From NCBI GenBank assembly GCA_963695335.1, contig OY968764.1, forward strand, positions 1-64,000: a stretch of 64,000 nt of DNA, read 5' to 3'. The notes under the pieces were generated by a model. That model worked only from the letters and a program-made list of their open reading frames with translations. It was not told where the DNA came from and did not search any database. Source of the stretch: an uncultured bacterium. Lineage in GTDB: Bacteria; Babelota; Babeliae; Babelales; Vermiphilaceae. The position numbers and the translations under genes are program-made. Shown one piece after another: positions 12,911 through 22,945 of this stretch; the first letter of the stretch is position 1, and the number at the start of each line of letters is the position of its first letter.

Positions 12911-13828
12911 ATGACGTTTATTATTCTCTTACAAGCACTCTTTGCAACATCATTCCCAATGGGAAAATATCTTCTAACCTTCGCTCCTGCCTTATTTGTA
13001 TCAGGAATTCGTATGCTTATTGCAGGCGGAATCCTATTAATATATCAATATTTTTTACCATTAACAGAATTTAAAATTAAAAGAAAACATTTCTGGATAT
13101 TTGCACAAATAATTGTTTTAGGAATGTATGCAACCTATGGATTACGTCTGTATGCATTAGATGTACTACCTATATGGAAAGTATCTTTTTTTTATAATCT
13201 TTCTCCTTTTTTATCCGCTTTTTATGCCTATCTTCTTTTTAATGAACGACTTTCAGCAAAACAATGGGTAGGGCTTTCTATAGGATTTATTGGAATGATA
13301 CCAATGCTTATATCAAAAACTCCTGAGGAAGCAACAGTAGGAGAATTTTTCTATATTTCCATCTATGAACTGTTTCTTATCATTTCTGTAGCATTACATT
13401 GTTATAGCTGGTTACTCATACAAAAACTGGTCAAACACAAAAATTATGATACTTCCATTGTTAATGGCATTTGCATGGCAAGTGGAGGCGTACTTTCTCT
13501 GATCACCTCATATATGTTTGAGGGCCCTGCTCCGGTATATGATCCAGTTTCTTTTTGTAAAGGAATCACTTTTACGATTTTTATTAGCAATATTTTATGC
13601 CACAATATTTATGCAGGATTATTGAAAAAGTATTCTGCTACATTTATGTCATTCACCAGCTTTTTAAGTCCACTTTTTGCAGCGCTCTATGGATGGGCAT
13701 TTTTTCAAGAAACAATATCATGGTATTTTTACCTTTCCATAGTTATTGTTCTTATTGGCCTTTATGTCTTTTATCAAGATGAACTTAAAACTAAAATACC
13801 GTATGATGAAACAGAAGCACAGCTATAA
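12911..13828 (+). CDS. EamA/DMT family transporter
   Basis: About 10 TM helices; LSPFLSAFYAYLLFNERL and LSPLFAALYGWAFFQETI repeats. Confidence 0.9.
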   Translation: MTFIILLQALFATSFPMGKYLLTFAPALFVSGIRMLIAGGILLIYQYFLPLTEFKIKRKHFWIFAQIIVLGMYATYGLRLYALDVLPIWKVSFFYNLSPFLSAFYAYLLFNERLSAKQWVGLSIGFIGMIPMLISKTPEEATVGEFFYISIYELFLIISVALHCYSWLLIQKLVKHKNYDTSIVNGICMASGGVLSLITSYMFEGPAPVYDPVSFCKGITFTIFISNILCHNIYAGLLKKYSATFMSFTSFLSPLFAALYGWAFFQETISWYFYLSIVIVLIGLYVFYQDELKTKIPYDETEAQL

Positions 13829-14551
13829 TCAAGGATAATCGGTAATAATGCCATCAACACCATAATTTATGACACGAACCAAATCTTCTGAATCATTAAC
13901 CGTATATACATACACAAGCATGCCATGTGCATGAATAGCATCCACAAGCTGCTGATTAATAAAATCAACACTCAAACACATTACATCCGCATCGATGACA
14001 CAATTGCATGCACCAAAACTAAATGGAATACCATATAAAAGAGCCGCAATAGAAATTAATCTATTTGCGGCTTTAATATCATACAATTGTGTATGATCAA
14101 ATGATGCTACCAAAAAATCTTCATACTGCCAATGCTTATGTTCAACATAATACTTGATAATTTTCAACACCTCAGATGCAATATTTATATCTTTTATTTC
14201 AATATAAACTTTTACTCGACGATTAATAAAATCTAAAACTTCAGTTAACGTAGGAATTTTTTCATAACCAAGAACAGTCAGTTTTTTAAGCTCTTCTAAT
14301 GTATACGATGTTATATTTCCGTGTCCATTGGTTAGTTGATTAAGCTTTGTATCATGAAATACAACCAATTCACCTGATGCACATTTCCAAACATCAAACT
14401 CAACCATATCAACACCACGTTCTATGGCAAAAGCAAATGCTGATATGGTATTCTCTGGTGCACATCCGGCTGCTCCACGATGTCCAATAACAATAAATGC
14501 ATGTGATACAACAGAACTAAAAAAGACAATCCCCACTAGCATCTTTTTCAT
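13829..14551 (-). CDS. Glycerophosphodiester phosphodiesterase
   Basis: IGHRGAAGCAPENT, VEFDV, VVFHD, YTVND, GVDGIITDYP; start moved to MKKML with RBS. Confidence 0.93.
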   Translation of the reverse strand: MKKMLVGIVFFSSVVSHAFIVIGHRGAAGCAPENTISAFAFAIERGVDMVEFDVWKCASGELVVFHDTKLNQLTNGHGNITSYTLEELKKLTVLGYEKIPTLTEVLDFINRRVKVYIEIKDINIASEVLKIIKYYVEHKHWQYEDFLVASFDHTQLYDIKAANRLISIAALLYGIPFSFGACNCVIDADVMCLSVDFINQQLVDAIHAHGMLVYVYTVNDSEDLVRVINYGVDGIITDYP

Positions 14552-14611
14552 ACAAACCCCTTTTTTATAGATTTTACAAGAAAGAGAGAAAATATTTATA
14601 GAGATAAGCTT

Positions 14612-14644
14612 CGTTCGCATTGAGCCTGTCGAAATGTGCAAACG
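14612..14644. repeat. Minimal REP-like core (TGAGCCTGTCGAA hairpin)
   Basis: cgttcgcattgagcctgtcgaaatgtgcaaacg. Confidence 0.6.
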
Positions 14645-14648
14645 GCAA

Positions 14649-14990
14649 TTAGAAATCAAAGAATCTTTGACCAGCAAGAAAATGGAAGTGTAAATGAAAA
14701 ACACTCTGACCAACATCAGAGCCATTATTAACAATTAAACGAAAAGCTTGTGAACCAGAAAGATTGGATGCTAGTTGCTTTGCCATTAATAACATATCAC
14801 CAGCAAGAGTAACATCTTCTTGTGTTAATGCGGTAATATCGTGAACATGTTTTTTAGGAATAATGAGATAATGAATTGCAGCTTTTGGAGCGATATTGTC
14901 TATGACAATAATATCATCAGTTTGAGCGATTATTTTTGCGGGTAGTTGACCTGCGAGAATTTTACAAAAAACACAGTTTTTAGCTTCCAA
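14649..14990 (-). CDS. HIT (histidine triad) nucleotide-binding protein
   Basis: [16 protein letters not shown] triad; TTG start with AAGGTG RBS. Confidence 0.93.
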   Translation of the reverse strand: MEAKNCVFCKILAGQLPAKIIAQTDDIIVIDNIAPKAAIHYLIIPKKHVHDITALTQEDVTLAGDMLLMAKQLASNLSGSQAFRLIVNNGSDVGQSVFHLHFHFLAGQRFFDF

Positions 14991-15012
14991 ATAACACCTT
15001 TTTTAATGAAAG

Positions 15013-15087
15013 GAGCGCTCAAAGATATCCTTCAACAAGTTTGCATCCTTCGCCAAAGGCTTCAGAGCACACGGCAAGACTGAGCGC
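15013..15087 (-). repeat. REP-like element with nested insert; homologous to 63212..63282
   Basis: Reverse complement gcgctcagtcttg[ccgtgtgctctgaagcctttggcgaaggatgc]aaacttgttgaaggatatctttgagcgctc. Confidence 0.75.
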
Positions 15088-15231
15088 AAGAGAAATTATC
15101 CTGACTTTTTATTTTATCGCCCTACTTCGCCAAGGCTATGAAGGGTATACTTCGCTTCGTTACTTCTTTTAATCAATGTCAATCATTTGAAAAGCTGGCC
15201 GCGCCATACGAAGCTCTGCAAGAGCGAAGTA

Positions 15232-15317
15232 TGGTGCCGAAGGTCGGACTCGAACCGACATGATGTTGCCATCGCGAGATTTTGAGTCTCGTGCGTCTGC
15301 CATTTCGCCACTTCGGC
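15232..15317 (-). tRNA. tRNA-Leu(CAA)
   Basis: GCCGAAG acceptor stem, anticodon arm CGAGA-CTCAAAA-TCTCG, long variable arm, TTCGAGT, encoded CCA. Confidence 0.97.
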
Positions 15318-15366
15318 CTAATTTATTTCAAACGTATTATAAGAATACCCCAAAGAGTCGTAATCG

Positions 15367-17316
15367 TCAATTGGAAACAGCAGTTTCTACGCTAATCCAA
15401 TCAATAAATCTGCTCCGTTGATCAGAATCTTCAAACCACCACATAGCCGGACCTTTTTCCAGCTTAAAAAGCCGTTCAAAAATACCAGAAGATATCTCAT
15501 TAATCCTTACTTGGTAATTACCAAAAATACCGCCAGTATCACCTTCAAGCATCATTGGCTTTTTCACATGCGTTGCAATTCCAACTAATGCTTGCGGATA
15601 ATCTACTATATCCTTACCAAAATGGTAAATGCGCTTTGCTGATTCATCTTCAACAGTGCCTTTGTAAGGCTCATCAATAAGCACTAACATCGGATGATTC
15701 TTATTCGACTCACGTATATCATCCAATAATTCTATCATCACCTTTTTTTCTGCCATAAATGTTGATAAACCATGTTCCAAATCTTCATGTGGCGCAAGAC
15801 TCGTTCTGATGCTTGTAAATAAAGTCTGTTGAGCATTGTGCGCAGGAACAATACCCCATGATTGCGCAAGCACCGCTGCAGTGCCGTACGTTTTTAATAT
15901 CGTTGACTTTCCACCGCCATTAGGGCCAGTAATAACAAATTTACCGGGCTGATCTCCACCCAAAAACAGATTATTAGTAATAGCGCTATTAGATTGTAAT
16001 AACGGTAACCACGCATCATAATATTGTATTACTGGAATTGGCGAATCTATAAACTCTGGGAAGCTAAAAACAACCTCTTTATTTTGACTCTCTTTATACA
16101 ACTGCGCAATAGAACAGTACGCGTCAAGAAGTGCAACTGAATGCAATAATGGAATTAGTGAACGCTTAATACGTTTAATGCTTTGATGCATTGCAAGCAC
16201 ATGCCCACGTGAATAGAGATAACCTGGTTTTTGCAAAAAACGTTTGTTGAATAATTTTTTAAAAAAAAGATCAACAACTTCATTGTCAACCACATCAAAA
16301 TAAACACCTAATTCTTCATCTTGAAATGCAATAAGTTTTTGAAGTTCCAATATGGCATCAAAACAGTGAGCAATATCAGATATACGTTGCTGCAAGCTGT
16401 TGAGTGAATGGTTCATAAAAACAATGCGTTTACCCACAGAAACAACTGCATTGCCCCATATATAATCATATACAATAGTAGGAATAGTAGCTCCTATTAT
16501 ACCTCCCAGCACACCCCCTTTAATTGACCAATCTTGCAACTCTTCTGGTATATACGCAACGCCTTTAAAAGCATATCCTCTAGAAAAAACTAAATATCTA
16601 TCATACCACGACCCTCCTTGACTAAAGGCTCTAGCATAATCTATAAAAACATACGGTGTATCTTGTGGTTGCACTTGCACGGATTGCAAAGAATGTTGTA
16701 ATACAGGGACTTCAAAACCTGCTCGTATCCCTCGCAATATATTGAACTCTCCTTGTCCACCACTATACATATACTGCAAGAACTCATTAGCAACACCACC
16801 AAGCGCTAACGTAGTTAACAGATACTTGCATGCATCAAGCATTTCTGCAGCCGTACCCACATTCAATGCAACAGCACTTTTATTCAATCCACTCAATCCT
16901 AAAGATGAAAAATAAAATTGCTCACAACTGCGATCCAACTGATCATTTTTGTCCCAATACGCGAGCAACGCCCCTTCAACACGATTCACTTGTTCAAGTT
17001 TCTTTTGAAAAAGATCCATTATATCTGGATGATCAAGCAAGAAAGTAATAATTTTTTTTCTTTGATCAAGTTGATGTTTGTTTGCAATAGGATGCAATAA
17101 TTTAACCAATCCCCATCTTCCAAATGATGTTTTGGTGAGATCAAGCATAGTTACCAAACGATCAAGCTGCAGCTCTTTCCACTCACGCTCACCAATAATA
17201 GATGCTGGCATACGATACACAACGCTATTCAAGACGTGCTCAGCACGCTCACTGGAACTCTGGTCAGCTACAACTGACTGACAAAAAGATATAATTAACA
17301 ACGATAACAAAAACAT
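15367..17316 (-). CDS. MutS-domain-V ATPase (MutS-related) with N-terminal signal-like peptide
   Basis: ITGPNGGGKST Walker A, LSTFMAE, LVLIDEPYKGT, IATH; TKTSFGRWGLVKLL domain III-like; no mismatch-binding domain. Confidence 0.85.
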   Translation of the reverse strand: MFLLSLLIISFCQSVVADQSSSERAEHVLNSVVYRMPASIIGEREWKELQLDRLVTMLDLTKTSFGRWGLVKLLHPIANKHQLDQRKKIITFLLDHPDIMDLFQKKLEQVNRVEGALLAYWDKNDQLDRSCEQFYFSSLGLSGLNKSAVALNVGTAAEMLDACKYLLTTLALGGVANEFLQYMYSGGQGEFNILRGIRAGFEVPVLQHSLQSVQVQPQDTPYVFIDYARAFSQGGSWYDRYLVFSRGYAFKGVAYIPEELQDWSIKGGVLGGIIGATIPTIVYDYIWGNAVVSVGKRIVFMNHSLNSLQQRISDIAHCFDAILELQKLIAFQDEELGVYFDVVDNEVVDLFFKKLFNKRFLQKPGYLYSRGHVLAMHQSIKRIKRSLIPLLHSVALLDAYCSIAQLYKESQNKEVVFSFPEFIDSPIPVIQYYDAWLPLLQSNSAITNNLFLGGDQPGKFVITGPNGGGKSTILKTYGTAAVLAQSWGIVPAHNAQQTLFTSIRTSLAPHEDLEHGLSTFMAEKKVMIELLDDIRESNKNHPMLVLIDEPYKGTVEDESAKRIYHFGKDIVDYPQALVGIATHVKKPMMLEGDTGGIFGNYQVRINEISSGIFERLFKLEKGPAMWWFEDSDQRSRFIDWISVETAVSN

Positions 17317-17346
17317 GGTCGACTTTTCCCTACTAAGCAGCTCTTA

Positions 17347-18534
17347 TTATAAAACTCGAGATAGCTGCATAATAGGTAAGTATACCGCAAAAATAAGTGT
17401 TGTTACTAACAAACCCAACAAAATAATAACCGTTGGTTGAAGAAAAAAAACGAATCGCCGCAACTGTTCATCTAATTTTTCATTATACACAGCCGCAGCA
17501 TTTTCAAGCGATTGCCCCAATGTTCCTGTTTCTTCACCGATATGCACCAAAGCAATAATCTCTGGTAAAAAGAGTGATGTCATTTGCATTGCATGACTCA
17601 ACAACACACCTGAATCAACATCATCATGCAATGCCGTAAGTTGAGATTTAATTAAAAAATGATGAGCTGATTTGCTGAGTATCGCAAGTGAATCTTTTAA
17701 CGTAATGCCATTATGTACCAACAACGATAACGCTTGCAACGCCTGACTCATATGGTATTGCCATACAATCGCACCAATAAATGGAGTTCTTATGACTAAA
17801 TTATCCCATACTTTTTTACCTGTATGTGAAAAATAATAATACACCGTGAAAAACAATATTCCCAAAACACCCAAAAGATAGATCATTGACACACTACACA
17901 CAAACTCACTCACACCGAGCATAAAAGAAGTTAATGGTGGAAGCTCTTGCTGTAAAGAACTAAACATATCTGCAAATCGTGGGATAATAAAAATAAAAAT
18001 GAACCCTGTAATGCCAATAAAAAAAAGTAATGTTAACAACGGCATTGCGAGTGCTGCACGAATATTTTTTTTAAACGCATGCTGTTTATAAAAATAAAGT
18101 GCCACGTTTTCCATAGCACTCATAATATCACCAGATTCGTATCCAGCAATCAACATAACCATAGCAATAGAATCAAAAAATGAATTATGCTTTCCTAATA
18201 CCTGAGCAAAAGGAACTCCTTGTTGAATATCATGACTAATCTCAAACAACATATCATACACAACGGGATTATGTGATTGTTGAGCAACAATAGAAAACAC
18301 TTTAGGCAGCAATAATCCCGCACGCAACAGCTTTGCTTTTTGTTGAAATATATTGCCTTTTGTTTGTGCACTGATTGGCCACAACAAAGGTGGTGAATAG
18401 AGAGTCTTGCAAGATATAACCGCTACTCCCTGACTTAAAAGTCTTTCTGATAAATCTTGTGGTGAATAAGCCGCTTGCTTACCTTTTTTTGTTGCGCCAA
18501 CACTATTCACCCCAATCCATTTAAAATATGGCAT
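17347..18534 (-). CDS. pilC: Type II secretion F / type IV pilus assembly platform protein
   Basis: MPYFKWIG...G; two GspF repeats (AGYESGD, IGEETGTL); AVYLPIMQL. Confidence 0.88.
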   Translation of the reverse strand: MPYFKWIGVNSVGATKKGKQAAYSPQDLSERLLSQGVAVISCKTLYSPPLLWPISAQTKGNIFQQKAKLLRAGLLLPKVFSIVAQQSHNPVVYDMLFEISHDIQQGVPFAQVLGKHNSFFDSIAMVMLIAGYESGDIMSAMENVALYFYKQHAFKKNIRAALAMPLLTLLFFIGITGFIFIFIIPRFADMFSSLQQELPPLTSFMLGVSEFVCSVSMIYLLGVLGILFFTVYYYFSHTGKKVWDNLVIRTPFIGAIVWQYHMSQALQALSLLVHNGITLKDSLAILSKSAHHFLIKSQLTALHDDVDSGVLLSHAMQMTSLFLPEIIALVHIGEETGTLGQSLENAAAVYNEKLDEQLRRFVFFLQPTVIILLGLLVTTLIFAVYLPIMQLSRVL

Positions 18535-18563
18535 ACCTCTCCTATCAACTTAGCCCCAATTTT

Positions 18564-18622
18564 TTAACCCCATCTTCGTTATTCTTCGATGGGGTCCCCA
18601 CTGGAATGCAATGGAAGTGGGG
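18564..18622. repeat. Double-hairpin repeat (CCCC...GGGG.CCCC...GGGG); a homologue is nested at 29553..29614
   Basis: ttaaccccatcttcg...gatggggtccccactggaatgcaatggaagtgggg. Confidence 0.65.
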
Positions 18623-18623
18623 C

Positions 18624-18911
18624 TCAAAACATATCCATTTGCCAATCAACACCTAAAAATTCTAAGAGTTGATTAAATGTAATATCCATCTCAACTTTTA
18701 TTCGTTTTTTCTGTGATTGCGCGCCAGAGACTATAGATACCATGTTTTGAGTTACTCCAAGCGCTTTTGCCAAGTTTTTAATAAGCTCATTGTTTGCTTT
18801 GCCTTGTTCAGCGGGGCTTTTGAGATAACATTTTAAATTACCAGACTTATCAATAGCCCAACCTTTTTTGCCTGAACTTGGAAAAACTTTTACATCAAAC
18901 ATAAATGCCAT
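18624..18911 (-). CDS. DUF167 (YggU-like) protein
   Basis: SPAEQGKANNELIKNLAKALGV...IVSGAQSQKK. Confidence 0.9.
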   Translation of the reverse strand: MAFMFDVKVFPSSGKKGWAIDKSGNLKCYLKSPAEQGKANNELIKNLAKALGVTQNMVSIVSGAQSQKKRIKVEMDITFNQLLEFLGVDWQMDMF

Positions 18912-19072
18912 TTTTCCCTCCTAGTCGATACTTTTTTAGTATTATATATACATTAACCTAGCTAAAAATTAATATACAATAGTTTAAAAAATGGTATATT
19001 TAAACAAAAAGATGATCAAGTTACTTGAAAAAATAGTAAATGGCAGTATCCTTTTGTATATATCAGCTTTTA

Positions 19073-19163
19073 GGAGAGATGGCTGAGTGGTCTAAAGCGC
19101 TTGCCTGCTAAGCAAGAGTCTGGGAAACCGGGCGCGAGGGTTCGAATCCCTCTCTCTCCACCA
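19073..19163 (+). tRNA. tRNA-Ser(GCT)
   Basis: GGAGAGA acceptor, CTTGC-CTGCTAA-GCAAG, long variable arm, TTCGAAT, CCA. Confidence 0.96.
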
Positions 19164-19285
19164 AACTTTTACCCAATTTTCGCTAACGCTATAATTGGGG
19201 CCCAAAAGATAAAATACAAAATGTAGCAAGATAAACCTAGCTTAACGAGCTAGGTTATATAAATTGAAATATATAGGTTTGCGTC

Positions 19286-19310
19286 TCCTTCGACGAGCTC
19301 AGGATAAACT
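19286..19310. repeat. REP-like core
   Basis: tccttcgacgagctcaggataaact. Confidence 0.6.
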
Positions 19311-19346
19311 CCGCTCAAGAAGCTAGGGCGCAATAGATTAAAAGAT

Positions 19347-19423
19347 GCGCCCGTAGCTCAATTGGATAGAGCGTCAGACTACGGATCTGAAGGTTAAAGG
19401 TTCGACTCCTTTCGGGCGCACCA
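19347..19423 (+). tRNA. tRNA-Arg(ACG)
   Basis: GCGCCCG acceptor, TCAGA-CTACGGA-TCTGA, TTCGACT, CCA. Confidence 0.97.
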
Positions 19424-19523
19424 TACTACGCATAAAGCTTCGTATGGCACGGCCAGTTCTTCGTAGCTCGCAAGAGCGAAGTAGAACCAGTTTTTTTGAA
19501 ATATTCTTTTTCTAAATACGCAT

Positions 19524-19615
19524 GGAGAGATGGCAGAGTGGTCGAATGCGGCGGTCTTGAAAACCGTTATCCCGAGGGATCGGGATCGTGGGTTCGAATC
19601 CCACTCTCTCCTCCA
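19524..19615 (+). tRNA. tRNA-Ser(TGA)
   Basis: GGAGAGA acceptor, GCGGT-CTTGAAA-ACCGT, long variable arm, CCA. Confidence 0.96.
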
Positions 19616-19755
19616 GCTTTCGCGTAAAGCTACAAAAGCCCCATCTTACAACACAATTCCAACAAAATATCTTTTTTTATTCACAAAATTTTATTAATAT
19701 ATTTATTCTCATCTCAACTCTAATTAACTCGTTATGTATGTAAAAAAGAGAGAAT

Positions 19756-20514
19756 ATGTTTATTAAAATACTCACCCTGTTCACTATTTTCGGCATATCT
19801 TCATTGCACTGCATGGAACCGGAAGTAAAAATATCAACAAAAAAATTAATCAAACAAAAATCCCAAGCAATTTTGCGCAAACTATCAAATGAAAAAATAA
19901 ATGAAGAACCTGCAACAAATGCTATTATCTTAGAGAATCCATTTATCATTGTTGTACATAGTGCAATAGAATCTAAAAATTATACCGCCGTACAATTTCA
20001 TCTCAGAAATCCCCTCCTTGACCCAAATACAACAGATCAACAAGGGGATTCAGCACTTCAAATTTTTATTAAAGCAAAAGCATGTCAAGGAATAGAGCTA
20101 CTTCTTAAAGATCATCGCGTACAATTTAGACGTGAGGATTTATTCAAAGAATTCAGTAATCAAATGCGTATTTTTGAGTGTCTCGATAAAAGCAATGAAG
20201 ATTCACTATCAATACGACAAAAAATATTCGCTCGGTTCACTCTGGACCTCGTTACACATGAAGAATGTCAAAATATAGAATATTCTTATAAACATGGTCT
20301 CCTGACAAATGAAATACTGACAAACACTATCAGTACAATAAAAAAACGCATAAAAAGTTCTACTGACAAGCAAATTGAAGCCAATGCAAAAAATCATGTA
20401 CAAGCAGTGTTATCTAAATTGGCAGGAGACTTACCTGATTATGCAACAGATGAGTTTATAGAACAAAAAATTTGGTGTATACTTTCATCCATGCAAAACA
20501 CAAACAATATCTAA
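19756..20514 (+). CDS. Secreted ankyrin-repeat protein
   Basis: Signal then ME; LDPNTTDQQGDSALQIFI ankyrin-like repeat. Confidence 0.8.
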   Translation: MFIKILTLFTIFGISSLHCMEPEVKISTKKLIKQKSQAILRKLSNEKINEEPATNAIILENPFIIVVHSAIESKNYTAVQFHLRNPLLDPNTTDQQGDSALQIFIKAKACQGIELLLKDHRVQFRREDLFKEFSNQMRIFECLDKSNEDSLSIRQKIFARFTLDLVTHEECQNIEYSYKHGLLTNEILTNTISTIKKRIKSSTDKQIEANAKNHVQAVLSKLAGDLPDYATDEFIEQKIWCILSSMQNTNNI

Positions 20515-20595
20515 AAAAGGGATTGTTCAAAAATTTTAATAAAAGTGGATGAAGCTCATAATCTCCAAAACATATTAAAATATCAGGAACATTTA

Positions 20596-22008
20596 ATGCT
20601 ACGTATTCCTCTACTCCTAACTTTCAGTTCATTTCTTCTTGCACAATCGCTTTATAGTATGGAAAAGGAAACAAAAGAACATAAAACTAAATTTTCACTT
20701 TCGCTCAGAAAAAAGTCAGCTGATACTTCATCCCCCAAAGAAACACCACGCTGCAATACTAACAATGAAACCTCTATACCATTAATTTCATTTACAACCA
20801 CATCTGAATCTGCATCTGCCGATATAGAAACCTCTCGATCACAATTATCTAAACCAAAACCATATACTCGCAGCAAAACTGTTGATAGCTCATCAACACA
20901 ACCAAAAGATAAGATTAAAATATTTTCTTCTTCAGATGGAACAATACCAAAAATAAGTCCTCGAGCAATGTTAGCTTCTTCACTCAAAAATCTTTCTCAG
21001 GCAAAAACTGTTCCTCAAGAAAAAATAAACATTCTCACCAATGCTGTAAAAAATTATGATTTACCTACCATAGAAGAATATGTTAATAACCCACAGGCAG
21101 ACCTCAATCAAATAGATCAATGGGGTAATACTGCGTTACATCATGCCGTGATAAAATTAACAGAGACGATCAACAATGAAGCTATGCTCAAAAAAATTAT
21201 TACTCTTTTTTTACATGATGTACGAACTGACACTTCTATTACCAACATTTATGGCAACAGAGCTGTACAAATACTATCTGGCGGAGACAATCTCAACATA
21301 CGAATGCTTTCTGGCAAAGATGATCTCAACATACGAACTCTATTATTTGCAAAAGGTTCATTAGATGAACGAACTAACCATGAAATCGGTAAAATGTTAC
21401 TCGAGATTTATCTCAATAATCTTGACCTCACTGATGATCTTATTAAACAAACAGTAGAATGTATAAAAAAGAAAATTCGATCCACTGAGACAAAAAAAGG
21501 AAAAAATTCCATAAATCTTCCACAAGAAGCAACATTACCTGATTATGCTACTGATGAATTTATCATCCGGATGATTAAATACCGTATACCCGAAGAATCA
21601 TACTATGTATCTGAATTACAAAAAACCATTTTAAAAGATATTTTTATAAAAGAAAAAAATATCATTTTACTCAATGTATCAATTGATATCAATGAAAAAT
21701 CTATCAGTGAATCCCTCGACAACATTCTCAATACAATGAAAAAATCTCACAATTATTTAACCAGATTTGTGAACAAAACATGTATTTTTGAAATACTTGA
21801 AACATACTATTTAAAGAATGCTCCATCTCATTTTATAAATTTCTGTTCCGAAAAAAATATTACCGATCAAGCACCTATGAGTGATGTTAGTCAATGCAAA
21901 AAAAGCAAAAAGCCATCAGATTTTTTACATCTCTATACTACGGACAATACTAACGAAAAAACACTATCAATAAGGCAGTTCATCTGTGATGATTCTAATC
22001 TCATCTAA
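20596..22008 (+). CDS. Secreted ankyrin-repeat protein, paralogue of the preceding gene
   Basis: Signal then ME; ADLNQIDQWGNTALHHAV, ITNIYGNRAV; start at MLRIP. Confidence 0.82.
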   Translation: MLRIPLLLTFSSFLLAQSLYSMEKETKEHKTKFSLSLRKKSADTSSPKETPRCNTNNETSIPLISFTTTSESASADIETSRSQLSKPKPYTRSKTVDSSSTQPKDKIKIFSSSDGTIPKISPRAMLASSLKNLSQAKTVPQEKINILTNAVKNYDLPTIEEYVNNPQADLNQIDQWGNTALHHAVIKLTETINNEAMLKKIITLFLHDVRTDTSITNIYGNRAVQILSGGDNLNIRMLSGKDDLNIRTLLFAKGSLDERTNHEIGKMLLEIYLNNLDLTDDLIKQTVECIKKKIRSTETKKGKNSINLPQEATLPDYATDEFIIRMIKYRIPEESYYVSELQKTILKDIFIKEKNIILLNVSIDINEKSISESLDNILNTMKKSHNYLTRFVNKTCIFEILETYYLKNAPSHFINFCSEKNITDQAPMSDVSQCKKSKKPSDFLHLYTTDNTNEKTLSIRQFICDDSNLI

Positions 22009-22545
22009 CACTATGGGATTCAACCGAGGCTGCACTCCTTTGAAGCCATAATACAAACTACCCATATACATTGCTGCTACATATGGGTAGAAAAATGGAT
22101 CAAATAAAGCAAGAATACTAAAATACACTGCTGATGCTCCATATGCCTTGGAAGCTTTAAAATACTTTGCAACATCTTCTGGTGTTGCAAGTTGTTTTTT
22201 GGGTTCCATAAGAGTAGGTAATGCTGTTTCGGGCTGCTGAGGCTGAAAAGAGATTTCTTGTGTTATTAATGGTACTGGCGGCGGCGTAATTGTTTGTTGT
22301 TCAATATTAATTGATGATGACTTATACCATTGATATGCACCAAGTGCCATCAACCCCAAAGGCCCAACTATCTTTGCAGCATTCCAAAGCCATCGCTGCT
22401 TTTTTTTGCGCTCATTGATACTTTTTCTGTACTGAGCAGTTCGTTGACCACGTTCTCTATCATTATTTTTCTCTGCACACACAACAATTGCCGATGAGTA
22501 TAATATCACACTTACATACCAAAAGTTAAAATATCGTTTTTTCAT
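21967..22545 (-). CDS. Hypothetical membrane protein
   Basis: Signal-like N-terminus, several TM segments, Pro-rich linker. Confidence 0.65.
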   Translation of the reverse strand: MKKRYFNFWYVSVILYSSAIVVCAEKNNDRERGQRTAQYRKSINERKKKQRWLWNAAKIVGPLGLMALGAYQWYKSSSINIEQQTITPPPVPLITQEISFQPQQPETALPTLMEPKKQLATPEDVAKYFKASKAYGASAVYFSILALFDPFFYPYVAAMYMGSLYYGFKGVQPRLNPIVLDEIRIITDELPY

Positions 22546-22661
22546 ATCAATCCCATTATCATAAGCTTAAAAAATAGATTTTTAATACAAACGTAGACTT
22601 TTCCACTACAACTTAGTAATAACTAATTGAAATCAAAAAAAGATACAAAAAAAGGAGCTCT

Positions 22662-22931
22662 ATGAAATACAATCATATCTTACTGATAACTGTCATTATC
22701 TCATCAATGATATCAGGCATGGAAATCAAACATTCTTCGTCTCGATCAAAAAAAACATTAAAATATCACAAAAAAACAACGCTTTTCATTTCTCATGCGA
22801 TACACAAAGATAACGATATATTTGTTACATTAGACCGCAATGGTGTATTAAATATGAGTAGTAAAACAAAAGGACCGCATAGAAGCAGTCCTTCAAAAAA
22901 TAAACTTAATCGTTATGAACAGGTAACGTAA
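22662..22931 (+). CDS. Small basic secreted hypothetical protein
   Basis: AAGGAG RBS, signal peptide then ME. Confidence 0.6.
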   Translation: MKYNHILLITVIISSMISGMEIKHSSSRSKKTLKYHKKTTLFISHAIHKDNDIFVTLDRNGVLNMSSKTKGPHRSSPSKNKLNRYEQVT

Positions 22932-22945
22932 TTTTTTATCAGATT

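Noticed and set aside
14552..14734. N-terminal extension of the GDPD ORF (likewise for trxA and fibre ORFs in the track)
   Set aside because: Overlaps neighbouring genes or terminators; downstream ATG starts have better RBS
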